Source: the human T2T-CHM13v2.0 reference genome, Homo sapiens. Taken from it: a stretch of DNA of 64,000 nucleotides. A program made the translations under genes and the position numbers. Under the pieces are notes generated by a model. That model was not told where the DNA came from. It made no database searches and was given only the letters and a program-made list of their open reading frames with translations. Position 1 is the first letter of the stretch. The number at the start of each line of letters is the position of its first letter. The DNA is taken from NCBI RefSeq assembly GCF_009914755.1, contig NC_060945.1. One strand, written 5' to 3'. Below are positions 1 through 11,659 of this stretch, in pieces.

Positions 1-70
1 ATTGGTAGTTCAAGTGTCTGCTATGCTGCTGAGTTAATGGGCCGAGGTAATGGGTCTGAACCATATAAAG
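1..70 (+). mobile_element. Possible tRNA-derived SINE fragment (MamSINE1-like)
   Basis: attggt...taatgggccgaggtaatgggtctgaacc resembles the tRNA-like head CTAATGAGGCCAAGGTCATGGGTTCGATCC. Confidence 0.3.
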
Positions 71-929
71 AATTACTGGCTTCTGGATGATTGCTATCCA
101 GGTAACCCAGGTTTCTCACTAGTTATTTTCAGAATGCCCAGTCTGAGCTTAGTTATCATTGTTGCCCAAAGGTAGTAACCTTTTGTTTATCTCAATAATG
201 CTGCAAAAAGAGAAAAGGAATAGGCGTACAAGGAGAACGTAAAATAGATCATAAATAGAAAATTATTTTTGATAAATTTGCTTCAAACATTTAGAAAGAA
301 AATAACACATATGCATTTTTTTGTGTGCCAAGGAAAGTGACATAGGATCAGTTTTTGAATTCATGTTTAAACAACTCAGATCTTCATTAATGCGCTTGTG
401 GTGACTGGTTTATGGCCTTTTTAAACTCTGATGTACACAGTAGAAATAATGTGGTGATCAAGATGAAGACTAAGATGAATGATTTAGAATGCAAGACAAT
501 GGAGGGCAAAAGGAACTAGGCATAAATATGAGTACAGCTTCAGTCACCACTAATGCCCTGTGAACATCTGCTTCTGGCTTTCTGTCATGAGCATTTGTGC
601 AACAATTTCCAGATTTTACAGAACATCTTACTGCTTGACCTATATTACCATATTGTTTATGATATTGGAGAGGTAACAAACAGGTATTATTAGTCATGAT
701 ACATAAGGTCTTAAAAAGTGTTGTTTCATATATTCTGTTTGACTTTTTAGTTAATACAGGCAGGAGGAAAATCAGTTTTCTTTTATTCCATCTTGGGCAG
801 AAGCAGAAGTCCAACAAAGGACAATGTGACCAAATGTTTAACTACGTAAGGGTCATAAATTGAAAAGTACAAGTATGAAAAGAAGTAAAACAAGAAGCGT
901 AAACAACCACACGGCTTATTGTTCTCAGG

Positions 930-1280
930 TAGAAGGAAGTCCCAAAATAGAGAGTACAAAGTTGGTTAAGGTGGCTCCATATCACCTGGGCTGTACCTAT
1001 CTTTGTTTCAAACATCCATAGCATGTTTGTTGCTTAGCAGTTGCAAACCCCTTGCTATCTCCAGTATCATGTCTGCATTCCAAGAAGGAGAAATGAATGG
1101 TGAGCAGATATTTGTACAATCCAGATGTATAAATTTAAAAAAAGCCCGAGTTTATACCTAGTGATTTATGCTTATATCTCATTGGCCAGAATTATGTCAT
1201 AGAGCCATCCCTAGCTGCAAGGGAAGTTGGAAAATATAGTTTTTGAAGTAGGGATATTGCTGCTCCAAATAAAAGTGGGG
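930..1280 (-). mobile_element. MaLR LTR fragment (MLT1J/K-like)
   Basis: ctcattggccagaattatgtcat...ccctagctgcaagggaagttggaaaatatag core; ends approximate. Confidence 0.65.
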
Positions 1281-1899
1281 TCCAGAAGTAAGCATGAATA
1301 GAATAAATATTGTGATAGCATTTAGCAGGATCTGCAACAACTACTCAAAGAACTTTTCAATCATGTCAAAATTATCTTATTAGTTTAGCAACTTGGGAGA
1401 CAGAGGAAGGGTATTGATTACACCTAATAATTGAGACCCAGTTTCCAGTTTCCAACAGTCCATGTTAAGTAATTTAAGGTGAATGAACTCTTAACAGAAA
1501 AAAAATGTGTTTTTATCATATTAGCTTTACATACATACACATACACATACACACATATATATGTATACATATAATATATATAAAATAAGTTACAGAGTTA
1601 CAAGTGTTAGAGCATTTGAAATTTTTTAGGTATTTTAGGTAGGCCAATTAATAGGTAATTCAATGAGGTATCAAACAAACTGCATTTATTCCTGCTTTAA
1701 AATCCAAATAACTTAATGTGAGGCAAATCGTTTGTAATTCTTGTCAAAACAAAGCAAATGCTTTACCAAAGCAATTTTTTTTTCATAGTTTGTCAGAAGA
1801 ACTCTCAATAATTTACAGAAATTTTAGACCCATTGAATTAAGTTCTGATGATATTGGGGAATCTAACCTATTCGTGGCATCCTTAATAAACCCACATAA

Positions 1900-2215
<316 letters not shown>

Positions 2216-2489
2216 TCACTGAACTTTGTTCATTTCTGTATCTACCATATGTATTAATCGTTATCACTTTCTATGTGCCAGACACTTACAAAAACCAGGT
2301 GAAATAGGTGCTATTGATTTCATTTTGTATTTAAGAAATCTATACATTCTAAACCTGCTTGTTGAAAACGTAAAGGAATAACAAGCATAAATCTCCAATG
2401 TTAACATTAGCTGGTAAATAAGAGGTCTTACATGGATATTATCCAGGTTTGGTAACAGAACAGAAAAGGTACTATGGGATTGTATTCTG

Positions 2490-2705
2490 TAATGGGTAAG
2501 GCAGCACAGCACTGGGATTACAAGCATAGACTGGATTTGAATCCCGACTTTCTCACTTAATAGTTGTAATCCTGGGAAAACTGCCTAACACGTCTATGCC
2601 TTAATTTCCCTATTTGAAAATGCAGATAATAGTACCTACTCAAATGGTGGCTAGAACTAAACTAAATTGATTAGTATTAGTAAAGTTTTTAGAGCAGTGC
2701 CATAG
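2490..2705 (+). mobile_element. MIR
   Basis: ctggatttgaatccc...ttaatttccctatttgaaaatg...ataatagtacctactca core. Confidence 0.75.
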
Positions 2706-2714
2706 TGAGAACTC

Positions 2715-3305
2715 TATTATCTGCTGTTGTGTAACAAATTAATCCAAAGTACTTTAAAAAAACAGAACTTTAAAATAACAGAAATGAATGATAATTCTTT
2801 GCCAAAACAAGAATTATGGAAGGCAAACTGTTTATAATTCTTGCCAAAACAAGAATTAAGGTCTCTCATGAGGTGGATTCAACTAGTCAACTGTGGCTGC
2901 ATCATCTCAAGACTTACTAAGGCTGGAGGGTTCATTTCAAGAAGGCTGTCTCACATAGCTGGAAATTCGTGCCTCCTGTCAGTGGGGGGTACCTTTCTGC
3001 CTCCATGTGGCTCTCATCTTCTAGGGTGTCTTTCTACACCTGTATTCACCAGAACAGCCTTCTTCACATGGTCTTCTTTATGTGGCAGCTGGGATCCAAA
3101 AGAGAAAGCCAGCAAGAGGGTGCATCCAAGAAGGAAGCTGATCTTTTTTAAACCTAATTTCAGAAATGACATCCCAGCACTTCTGCCGTATTATTCATTA
3201 GCATTGAGTCATTATCTCTTGCCCAAATTCAAGAGAATAGGATTACCCAAGGATGTTAATTCCACAAGGTGGGATCATTGGGTCCCACATCAGAGGCTGC
3301 CTACC
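2715..3305 (-). mobile_element. MaLR LTR (MLT1F/G-like)
   Basis: gtgtaacaaatta start, ctcacatagctgg, gggatcattggg...gaggctgcctacc end. Confidence 0.65.
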
Positions 3306-3882
3306 TCAGTGAGGCACTATCTGTTAATTAAGATAAATATGAAGTATTGCTGTATTTCCTCATATATTTGAGTCTCTCCAAGGTCAAGTATACCGTCATT
3401 ACCTAAAGGCTCATCTTAGATTACATTAATCAAATGAGTTTCTTAAAGAAGCAAAACATAATATATTGTTTTTTTGTCCAAAGACTAATATAAACTTTGT
3501 TAGAGAAATATTTATTAACCATCAACCAAAGGAATCCTGTTATGCAGGATTATTTACTAACTAGCTAGATTAGGTTAGCTTAGTTTCTGGCTCCATCGTG
3601 GTCAGAAGCCATGAATTAGTATTTAGAATTCTGAAGATACTGTTCATATGCTACAAGTTGTCTTTTCTAAATTAGAGAAGCCAGTGGAAAGCATATAAGC
3701 AATAGAAAGGATATAGAGAAATGTACATTTCGGGAACAACTAGGCAACAGCTACTGAGATTGAGTGCCTTGGCATCAAATCAGTTCCATCCTCACTTTCT
3801 TATTTATATGCCTGAAAAGTATACTCCAGACTAGTCCTGAATGAAAAAGTACATAGTTTAAAAAACAAACTGCAAAATGGTA

Positions 3883-3888
3883 TTTATT
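3883..3888 (-). terminator. Distal polyadenylation signal AATAAA
   Basis: tttatt on + strand; TGTA immediately upstream and a U/GU-rich element downstream on the - strand. Confidence 0.75.
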
Positions 3889-5557
3889 TACATTAAAACA
3901 TGAATTGCCTGTATACACACAAATATAAGAGGAACAATCTGTTATGCACAATAACTGTAATATTTAGTACATGTTATACACAGCAGTATCTGTTAAGTCA
4001 GTGGTTTGAGTGAAAACACAGTACCAAAACATTCCTGATACAAAATAAGTTACTCATTCACATATTCTAATCATACAAGACACTTAATATTTTAAAAGTT
4101 ACATACTTCAAATAACACTGGCTAAATGTACAACTAAAGTTTATTAATTTTTTTTATGAAAAGACTTCAGATTGTTATTCATAAATGATCCCTTTCAGGA
4201 TGCATTATCTTTTAAATAAATAAACTAAATTGACTTCAAGACTATTTATAAATAGCCCACTAAAATATGATTGAAGACATTCCTTCATTTTATTAAAGGT
4301 GTAGCTATATACTAGAGAATATGCTCAACTACTGCCTCCAAATTCCAACACTGTCATTCTAATTTGCAAATAGGAATTATTTAAATTCCAACTTCAGGAC
4401 ATGAGATGAGCTGCCTGCCCTATTTTGTCAATTGTTTCCAAAAGCATTAACGGATTAAGAGACTGTCTTGAACATCTCAAACATTTGAGAAATTCAAGGT
4501 TTTCTTTATGTTTTAAGCTGATCCTATATATGGAGATTTTGAGATAAATTGGAACACTTTTAGAAGACCTTCACAAAGAATTTTTCAATTCTAAAATCTA
4601 TTACAGATTTATATAAAGTCCAAGAGAACATGTGAAATATTTTCATAATGCAGTGAAGGATTCATCTTTGGCATTTCTCCATTCATTCTAAAATAAGATA
4701 CTTCAACAAACATTTTATACTTTTCTATCTACCTACTATACATATTTTCTATACACAAAAGTATTTGATTGAAATTTGTGTTTTAACAGCAATTTCATTG
4801 CTAAGAATTTTTTTTTAGATATGAAAAATATTAGTAACATTCAGCTTTTTACTATGAGAAGCTGAAGTTTTGATGTTGTTGAAATGAATTTGCTCAGTTT
4901 CCTTTTTTGGTGACCAGCATTTCAACATCCTATCGAATTCAGCAATGGATAAAGCAGAGATACTTTACAATAAAAAACAAAAAAAGGTGATCAGGATATA
5001 ATTTTTGAATAATATGAAGCATTCCTCTATTAAGGAAAATATGTATATATATATATAATCTGTATCCATATATCTTCAAATACAATGGGTATGACAGAAA
5101 TCAAACTGTTATATTTTCTTTCTTGGTCCCTGTGGTTTTTCTTAAAGGAAACAAACAACAAAAACAAACAACTCTGCTCCAAATGCCGATTTGTAGAAAC
5201 CTTGCCACAATGGCTTCCACATTAGATTTCCACGTTACTTCCAGTATTCACAAATTTTTTGCTTTCATTACAAACTAACCTAATGTTTGAAAAGAGTCCA
5301 AGTGTGATTATTTAAAAATAATAATAGAAAACAATAACACAGCTTTTATAATTGAGCACATTTTCCTCATTCAAAACTAAATATGAGGAAAAATCTCCGT
5401 AAAACGGAACCAAAACCATTTAGTAGCTCAATTCCATGCTATATTCCCCAGGGCTTACTGAAAATATAAACAAAGAAACAAATACAGTAGGTAATTGATG
5501 CTATTTGCCAATGTTTGCAAAGGTCTCGGATAACAAAAATAAGATAGCAATCATGGC

Positions 5558-5605
5558 TTTATTATGACATTAACACATTCTTCAAATGCAATTACCAATT
5601 TTATT
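5558..5605 (-). terminator. Candidate proximal polyadenylation signals (two AATAAA)
   Basis: tttatt at 5558-5563 and 5600-5605; U-rich downstream sequence (CTTATTTTTGTT). Confidence 0.5.
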
Positions 5606-6358
5606 CTCTAACCAAACAGAATAATGGAAATCCAAGCAGAGAATGATGTACAGGACATAAAGGAACTAGAATATAATTGGGTATTTCTATTATATGGTGC
5701 TGAAACATTTGAATACCTTTAGAAATAAAATAAATTCATCTATTAAACACATAAAACTCCTGGAGAATGCAGATTACAAGAATATGACACTTAACAGGAT
5801 ACTGAATTTGTGAATGTAAATTTGTTATATAATATGGCAGTTACTGAATATTACGTATGCAGCTTATGCTAATAATACTGCTATCTTCCAACCACTGTAA
5901 ATACCTGACATCAACACGGTCCTTCAAGTATAGTTCAAATTATTAGTTACATGTGATAATACAAGTAATTACCAGCTCCTGCTAATACAATTTAGTAAGA
6001 ACTGGGAATCTCATAACTGGCACTACTTAATGTTTATAGAATATAATGTTAAGTGCATATGGTTATCAACCTCCAGAATCCAGAAAATATAGTTATCCAT
6101 ACTCTTTTAAGAGAGTTGTACCTCAATTTTATCATTTTAGAGTATTTGTTAGAATAGGATCTCTCCAAAATCAAACAGGATCAATCTGGTCACGTCTAAT
6201 CCTAAGACAAAACACTATGTAAAATTTTCCTGTATCTAAATGTTGCCCTCTAGGTAAATCTGTGATATTTTAGAGACTTTCTTTTGTGGAAAAGGTAATC
6301 TGATAAATGGGAAGAGATCATCAGACAAGTTCACAAATAACCATTATTTCTGCAGAAT

Positions 6359-7026
6359 TCAGTTGAAGTTGGTTTTTTGTAAATGCTTATTGGGAATTTC
6401 TAAAGCACTGACTTGGAGAGGCCAAGAGCCTCCATCAATCCCTGCTTGGATAGCCACTCCCGTTACTACTGCTAGGTCAGGGTCTACAGATGTGTTGGGA
6501 TCTTTTCCAAAGAACTCTTGAATGACTTGACGGATCCGAGGAATACGAGTGGAGCCCCCAACTAAAACCACCTCATCAATCTCAGTCTTTTCCAGGTGGC
6601 CTTCTTTCAATACTTGCTGAATGGGTACCAGTATTTTCTGAAAGAGGTCTTCATTAAGGGTATCAAAGAGTTTCCGTGATATTTCTGTTTCAAATAAAAC
6701 CTGACTTTCTCCACTTTTCTTATCAGAAAGGCCACGTCCAAACCCACTGTTCACGCGATGGTCATCTGCTGAGGAAAGTTTGTCTTTTGGCAGTTCAGTG
6801 TCACTACTGTGAGGTTCCTTCCTGTCCTGCTCCTCCACCGTTAGTAATACTGACAACTGAGCAGATTGATGAAGAGTCAGATTTAATTTGACCATTTCCA
6901 CAGCTTGTCTCAATCTGTGGATTTCCTCTTTCCTAGAGGGCACGAAGCCATATGTTTGATAGATCTGTTTATATAAGTACTGAAGCAATCTCTGATTGAA
7001 GTCCTGTCCTCCAAGTTTATTGTTTC
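6359..7026 (-). CDS. HSPA13: HSPA13 coding part of terminal exon 5 (LGGQDF...VLVGGSTRIP...DPDLAV, ends KTNFN*)
   Basis: Acceptor ctcag|GA; TGA at 6361-6359; exon sum 25+341+214+168+668 = 1416 nt = 471 aa plus stop; no substrate-binding domain, which fits HSPA13/STCH. Confidence 0.97.
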
Positions 7027-7190
7027 CTGAGTGAAAAATAAAAGTTTAATATAGTTATGCATATATGTGTGTATGTATACACGTATGTTATTATGTATAC
7101 GTAAAAATTATATTCTGGGAATAACAAATCCCTGTTTCATGTATCATTACAATTTTATTCATACAGAGACTGGTTAAAAATAACTGTGTT

Positions 7191-7340
7191 GCTGGGCATG
7201 GTGTCTCACACCTGTAATCCTAGAACTTTGGAAGGCTGAGGTGGGAGGGTTGCTTGAGGCCAGGAGTTGGAGACCAGACTGGGTAACATAGCAAGACCCT
7301 GCCTCTATAAAATAAATCAATAAATAAAAATTTAAAAAAT
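7191..7340 (+). mobile_element. Alu monomer (FLAM_C/AluJ left arm) in intron 4
   Basis: gctgggcatggtgtctcacacctgtaatcc...gcaagaccctgcctcta plus A-rich tail. Confidence 0.85.
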
Positions 7341-8229
7341 AATGACTGGGTTAAAGCTATCTTAACCCAAATAAGTACTATTTAAAAACTAGTGCACATC
7401 AGGGTCAAAATTTTAAATTATATAAAAGGAAGTATCTCTTCACAATATCAAATAATTTTTCAGTAAATAGAGATTAAGAATACAGATTGGCTTATAAGTA
7501 GCTATTTAAAAACACTGAATGTCATTCTCAACAGAAGAAAGTGCTTCTTATAATGAAAAAGTAGGTATTTAATCTCTTTTTTTCCTTTCATTTTTTCTTG
7601 CCTGATTAGGACCTGAAAAGGTCTTTCTACTTTTCTACCTGAAAACTAGATAAATAATTTCAAAGGAAAAGAGTAGTGTAATATAATTTCCTGGTATTTA
7701 ACTTGATTAGAAAAAGAGAAAAAAAAATGCAGAGGTTAGAATACCTGTAACTTACAACTCAACGTGTCAAACAGGTTGAATCCCTTAAGCTAAATTCGAC
7801 AAAATAAAAACGTTTAAAAAAGGGTTTAGAATGCATAATCCTATCATTTCCTAGGGAAAAATACAATTAGACTTTCTAAAGACATCTACTTTATAAAACA
7901 TATTAAATGAAATATACTGATCACCCTTCATTTTAAAGAAATTTTTCTTCCCTCTGTTCCCTTTCTTCACCATCACCATGAAAAGTCCTACTGGCTATGT
8001 GAGCCGTAATTGGGTAACTGGCAATGTATTTATGCGACTTATAGGATGCCCAGCATTTTTTGAGATTTAACTTTTTGCTGTAAATATATACAAATGGTAT
8101 AAAATTACATATACAGAAAACTATCAAAATGAAGTCAAAGAATTCTGGGGGAAAAAAAGGATGCATTACACATTGGATATGTTAAAGAAAGCACTGCCCA
8201 AACCTCTTCAACTCTCCCTGCATTTTTCT

Positions 8230-8373
8230 GTAATTTTTTTTTTTTTTTTTTTTTTAGTAGAGACAGGGTTTCACCGTGTTAGCCAGGATGGTCTCGATCT
8301 CCCCATCTCGTGATCCACCCGCCTCGGCCTCCCAAAGTGCTGGGATTACAGGCGTGAGCCACTGCGCCCAGCC
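8230..8373 (-). mobile_element. Left-arm-only AluY/Sc-type element with 17-bp TSD, 20 nt into intron 4
   Basis: GGCTGGGCGCAG...GAGATCGAGACCATCCTGGCTAACACGG...CTACT-A22-TTAC; TSD tctccctgcatttttct at 8213-8229 and 8374-8390. Confidence 0.9.
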
Positions 8374-8393
8374 TCTCCCTGCATTTTTCTTAC

Positions 8394-8561
8394 CAGACAT
8401 TGCTCGGGTTAGAAACATCCCTCCTTGTTTATTCAGTAAAGACACATCTAGAGTTCCTCCGCCCAAGTCTATCACCAAGACGTGGAAGACGTCAGCCTTG
8501 TGGAGACCATAGGCCATAGCTGCTGCTGTGGGTTCATTTATTACCCTCAAAATCTTCAGTC
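8394..8561 (-). CDS. HSPA13: HSPA13 coding exon 4 (INEPTAAA; phosphate-2 motif [10 protein letters not shown])
   Basis: Acceptor ttacag|GA, donor CTG|gtaaga; 168 nt, phase 1-1. Confidence 0.97.
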
Positions 8562-8916
8562 CTGTAAGATTGGTTAAGGGAAGAAAAATTCATGAGAGGA
8601 TGCGATCAAGTAATCTCTTCCCACTTACAGCATGTTTGTGTCTTCTGTGACATGAACTCCACCACTGAGTAATAATGAGAGCAGTCACAAACCGAACAGA
8701 AGCATGAAATGGGAACAGTAAACATAGGCTCTTCTAAATGCTATCTTTAAAATTATTCTGAAAGATTACAATATAAAGAAATAAAATCCAAGGTTCAGTG
8801 CAATAAGTCATTCTACTCTTTATTAATTAACACTTAATTTTCAAAAAGTCTCCCAGCCTTTTCTAACATTCATATTCTACTTTGGAATATATGAGCGATA
8901 AAAATTTAATCATTAT

Positions 8917-9192
<276 letters not shown>

Positions 9193-9379
9193 CTATCACT
9201 AAGTGCTATGGAAATTAAAGAGGCTTATGTTGAGCAGGTAAAAGATCAGGTTTCTTTGAATGAAATTCCTGCTTTAAACTAAATGCCATACTTATGAGCG
9301 GTATGCAAAGTAGTATGGCATTATGTATCAGGAGCTATGACAACATTCAAACTCTAAAGAATTATTCCAGAGATCATAA

Positions 9380-10000
9380 CACCCTTCACTTCAGCTCTCT
9401 GATTTTACCACTTATTCTACTCTGGCCACACTGACCAACTTCCTATCCTCTATGTACCAGCAAATTCCCAGCTTATGGCTGTTGCAGTGGCCATCTCTTC
9501 TTCCTACAACACACTTTCTCCATGCGTCTGCATGGTTAAGTATTTTGCTTTCTTCAAATGTGCTTAAATGTTACTTTCTCAATGAGGTTTGCCTGATCAC
9601 CCTATTTAAATTCTACAAGTCATCCATCCCCTGACCACCAAAAGCAACCTTGACCCATTAGCCTGCTCTTTTCTTCATAGTGGTTACTTTCTGATATACA
9701 TTGTATCAGTGGCTCTCAACAAGACAGGATTTTACCTCCAGAAGAAATCTGGCAACATATGGAGACATTTTTCATTGTCACCACTTGGTGGAGGAGGGCG
9801 CTGCTAGCATCTGGTGAATAGAGGCTAGGGACGCTGTTAAATATTTTGTAGTTTACAGGACAGTCCTCCACAATAAAGAATTATCTGGCCCAAAATATCA
9901 GTAATGTAGAGGCTGAAAACATTATTAAATTTACCTTTTATGCTCATTCTGTGTTTCCCTCTGGTAGAACATAAGTTCCATGAGAACAAAGATTTCTTTC
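9380..10000 (+). mobile_element. L2 3' fragment interrupted by MER20
   Basis: ttaaatgttactttctcaatgaggtttgcctgatcaccctatttaaa and taagttccatgagaacaaagattt motifs. Confidence 0.65.
9707..9920 (+). mobile_element. MER20 (hAT-Charlie DNA transposon)
   Basis: cagtggctctcaac...ggagacattttt...gcatctggtgaatagaggctaggga...aaagaattatctggcccaaaatatca. Confidence 0.88.
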
Positions 10001-10270
10001 TTTTTTTAGTAAGGCCCTCAATATTGGTTCAATGGCATTAAATGTTAAATCATTAAATGATCTATCTCAGATTTTACTTAAAAAATTATATTCACCTTAA
10101 CATTAACGGAATTTAGAAGAAAGAATTCCTCACTGCTAACATGTGTCCATTTTCTCTTTGAGCCTTTGTCCTGTAGCATCTGATTGGTTCTTGTTAAATA
10201 CATATTTTATATTGTGCTATAGAGCTTTCAAAATTATAAACCTGTATAAAAATCTATCTACTTTACCTAC

Positions 10271-10814
10271 ATTGATGGTTAATATTATCATCTTGATTGG
10301 ATTGATGGATGCAAAGTATTGTTCCTGGGTGTGTCTGTGAGGGTATTGCCAAAGGAGAGTAACATTTGAGTCAGTGGACTGGCAGAGGCAGATCCACCCT
10401 CAATCTGGGTGGGCACCATCTAATCAGCTGCCAGAGTGTGCCTGGAATAAAAGCAGGCAGAAGAATGTCGGAGGATTAGACTGCCTGAGTCTTCTGGCCT
10501 CCATCTTTCTCCCGTGCTGGACGCTTCCTGCCCTTGAACATCGGACTCTAAGTTCTTTAGCTTTTGGACTCTTGTACCTACACCAGTGGTTTGCCAAGGG
10601 CTCTCGGGCCTTCGGCCATAGACTAAAAGCTGCACAGTTGGCTTCCCTACTTTTGAGGTTTTGGGACTCAGACTGGCTTCCTTGCTCCTCAGCTTGCAGC
10701 CAGCCTACTGTGGGACTTCACCCTGTGATAGTGTGAGTCAATACACCTTAATAAAATCCCTTTCATATACACATATATACTATCAGTCCTGTCCCTCTAG
10801 AGAACCCTAATACA
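10271..10814 (+). mobile_element. MLT2A (HERV-L) solo LTR, antisense to HSPA13 in intron 3
   Basis: tgatggttaata...gtccctctagagaaccctaataca; 5-bp TSD cctac at 10266-10270 and 10815-10819. Confidence 0.9.
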
Positions 10815-10940
10815 CCTACCATATAGTTTGTTTATTTTGACTATGGTTGTGTGGTTTGGGAAGTGGTAAACCTTACTACAGAAGGTTTTCAACCCAACAC
10901 AATTTTGAGAAAAATGCATCTCAGTCAAGGGTACTGTTAC

Positions 10941-11154
10941 CTGCAAGGTTAGCAGCTTCAATTGTTGAATTTCTCTGTTTTAGATCAAATTCTGCTGGTA
11001 CAGAAATGACAGCATTGGCAACTGGCATTCCAAGATATGCCTCTGCCATTTCCTTTAACTTCAACAATAGTCGAGAGCCAACATATTCTGGGGACACTGT
11101 GATGGTCTCATTACTTGTCACAGAAAACTCAACCATTCCATTTTTGTTTAAAAC
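10941..11154 (-). CDS. HSPA13: HSPA13 coding exon 3 (VSPEYVGS...NAVISVPAEF...QR...AANLAG)
   Basis: Acceptor cacag|GTT, donor GCAG|gtaaca; 214 nt; HSP70 nucleotide-binding-domain motifs. Confidence 0.97.
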
Positions 11155-11335
11155 CTGTGAATAGGATTTGCAAATAAGTAAATAAATAAAAGAGTAAAAG
11201 CATACAGACATACATATATACATAAATACTAGATTTCATGAGAACTTACCCTTATCTTTACAAAATCAAAAAATGCATTTGAAATCTATCTAGTACATTT
11301 ACCAAGATTAGAACTTGTTAAATGTTATACATTAA

Positions 11336-11659
<324 letters not shown>

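Larger units (their letters stand above)
3865..6358 (-). other. HSPA13: HSPA13 3' UTR (long form, ~2.5 kb)
   Basis: AT-rich sequence with no recognisable repeats after the stop; ends at AATAAA (3888-3883) followed by a GU/U-rich tract (GTTTGTTTTTT). Cleavage position is approximate. Confidence 0.8.

Noticed and set aside
2841-3371. 176-aa plus-strand ORF
   Set aside because: Non-ATG start, lies within an MLT1 LTR, no recognisable domain or splice context.
8254-8393. ORF-track extension [21 protein letters not shown] after exon 4
   Set aside because: Read-through of the splice donor into an Alu; not part of the protein.
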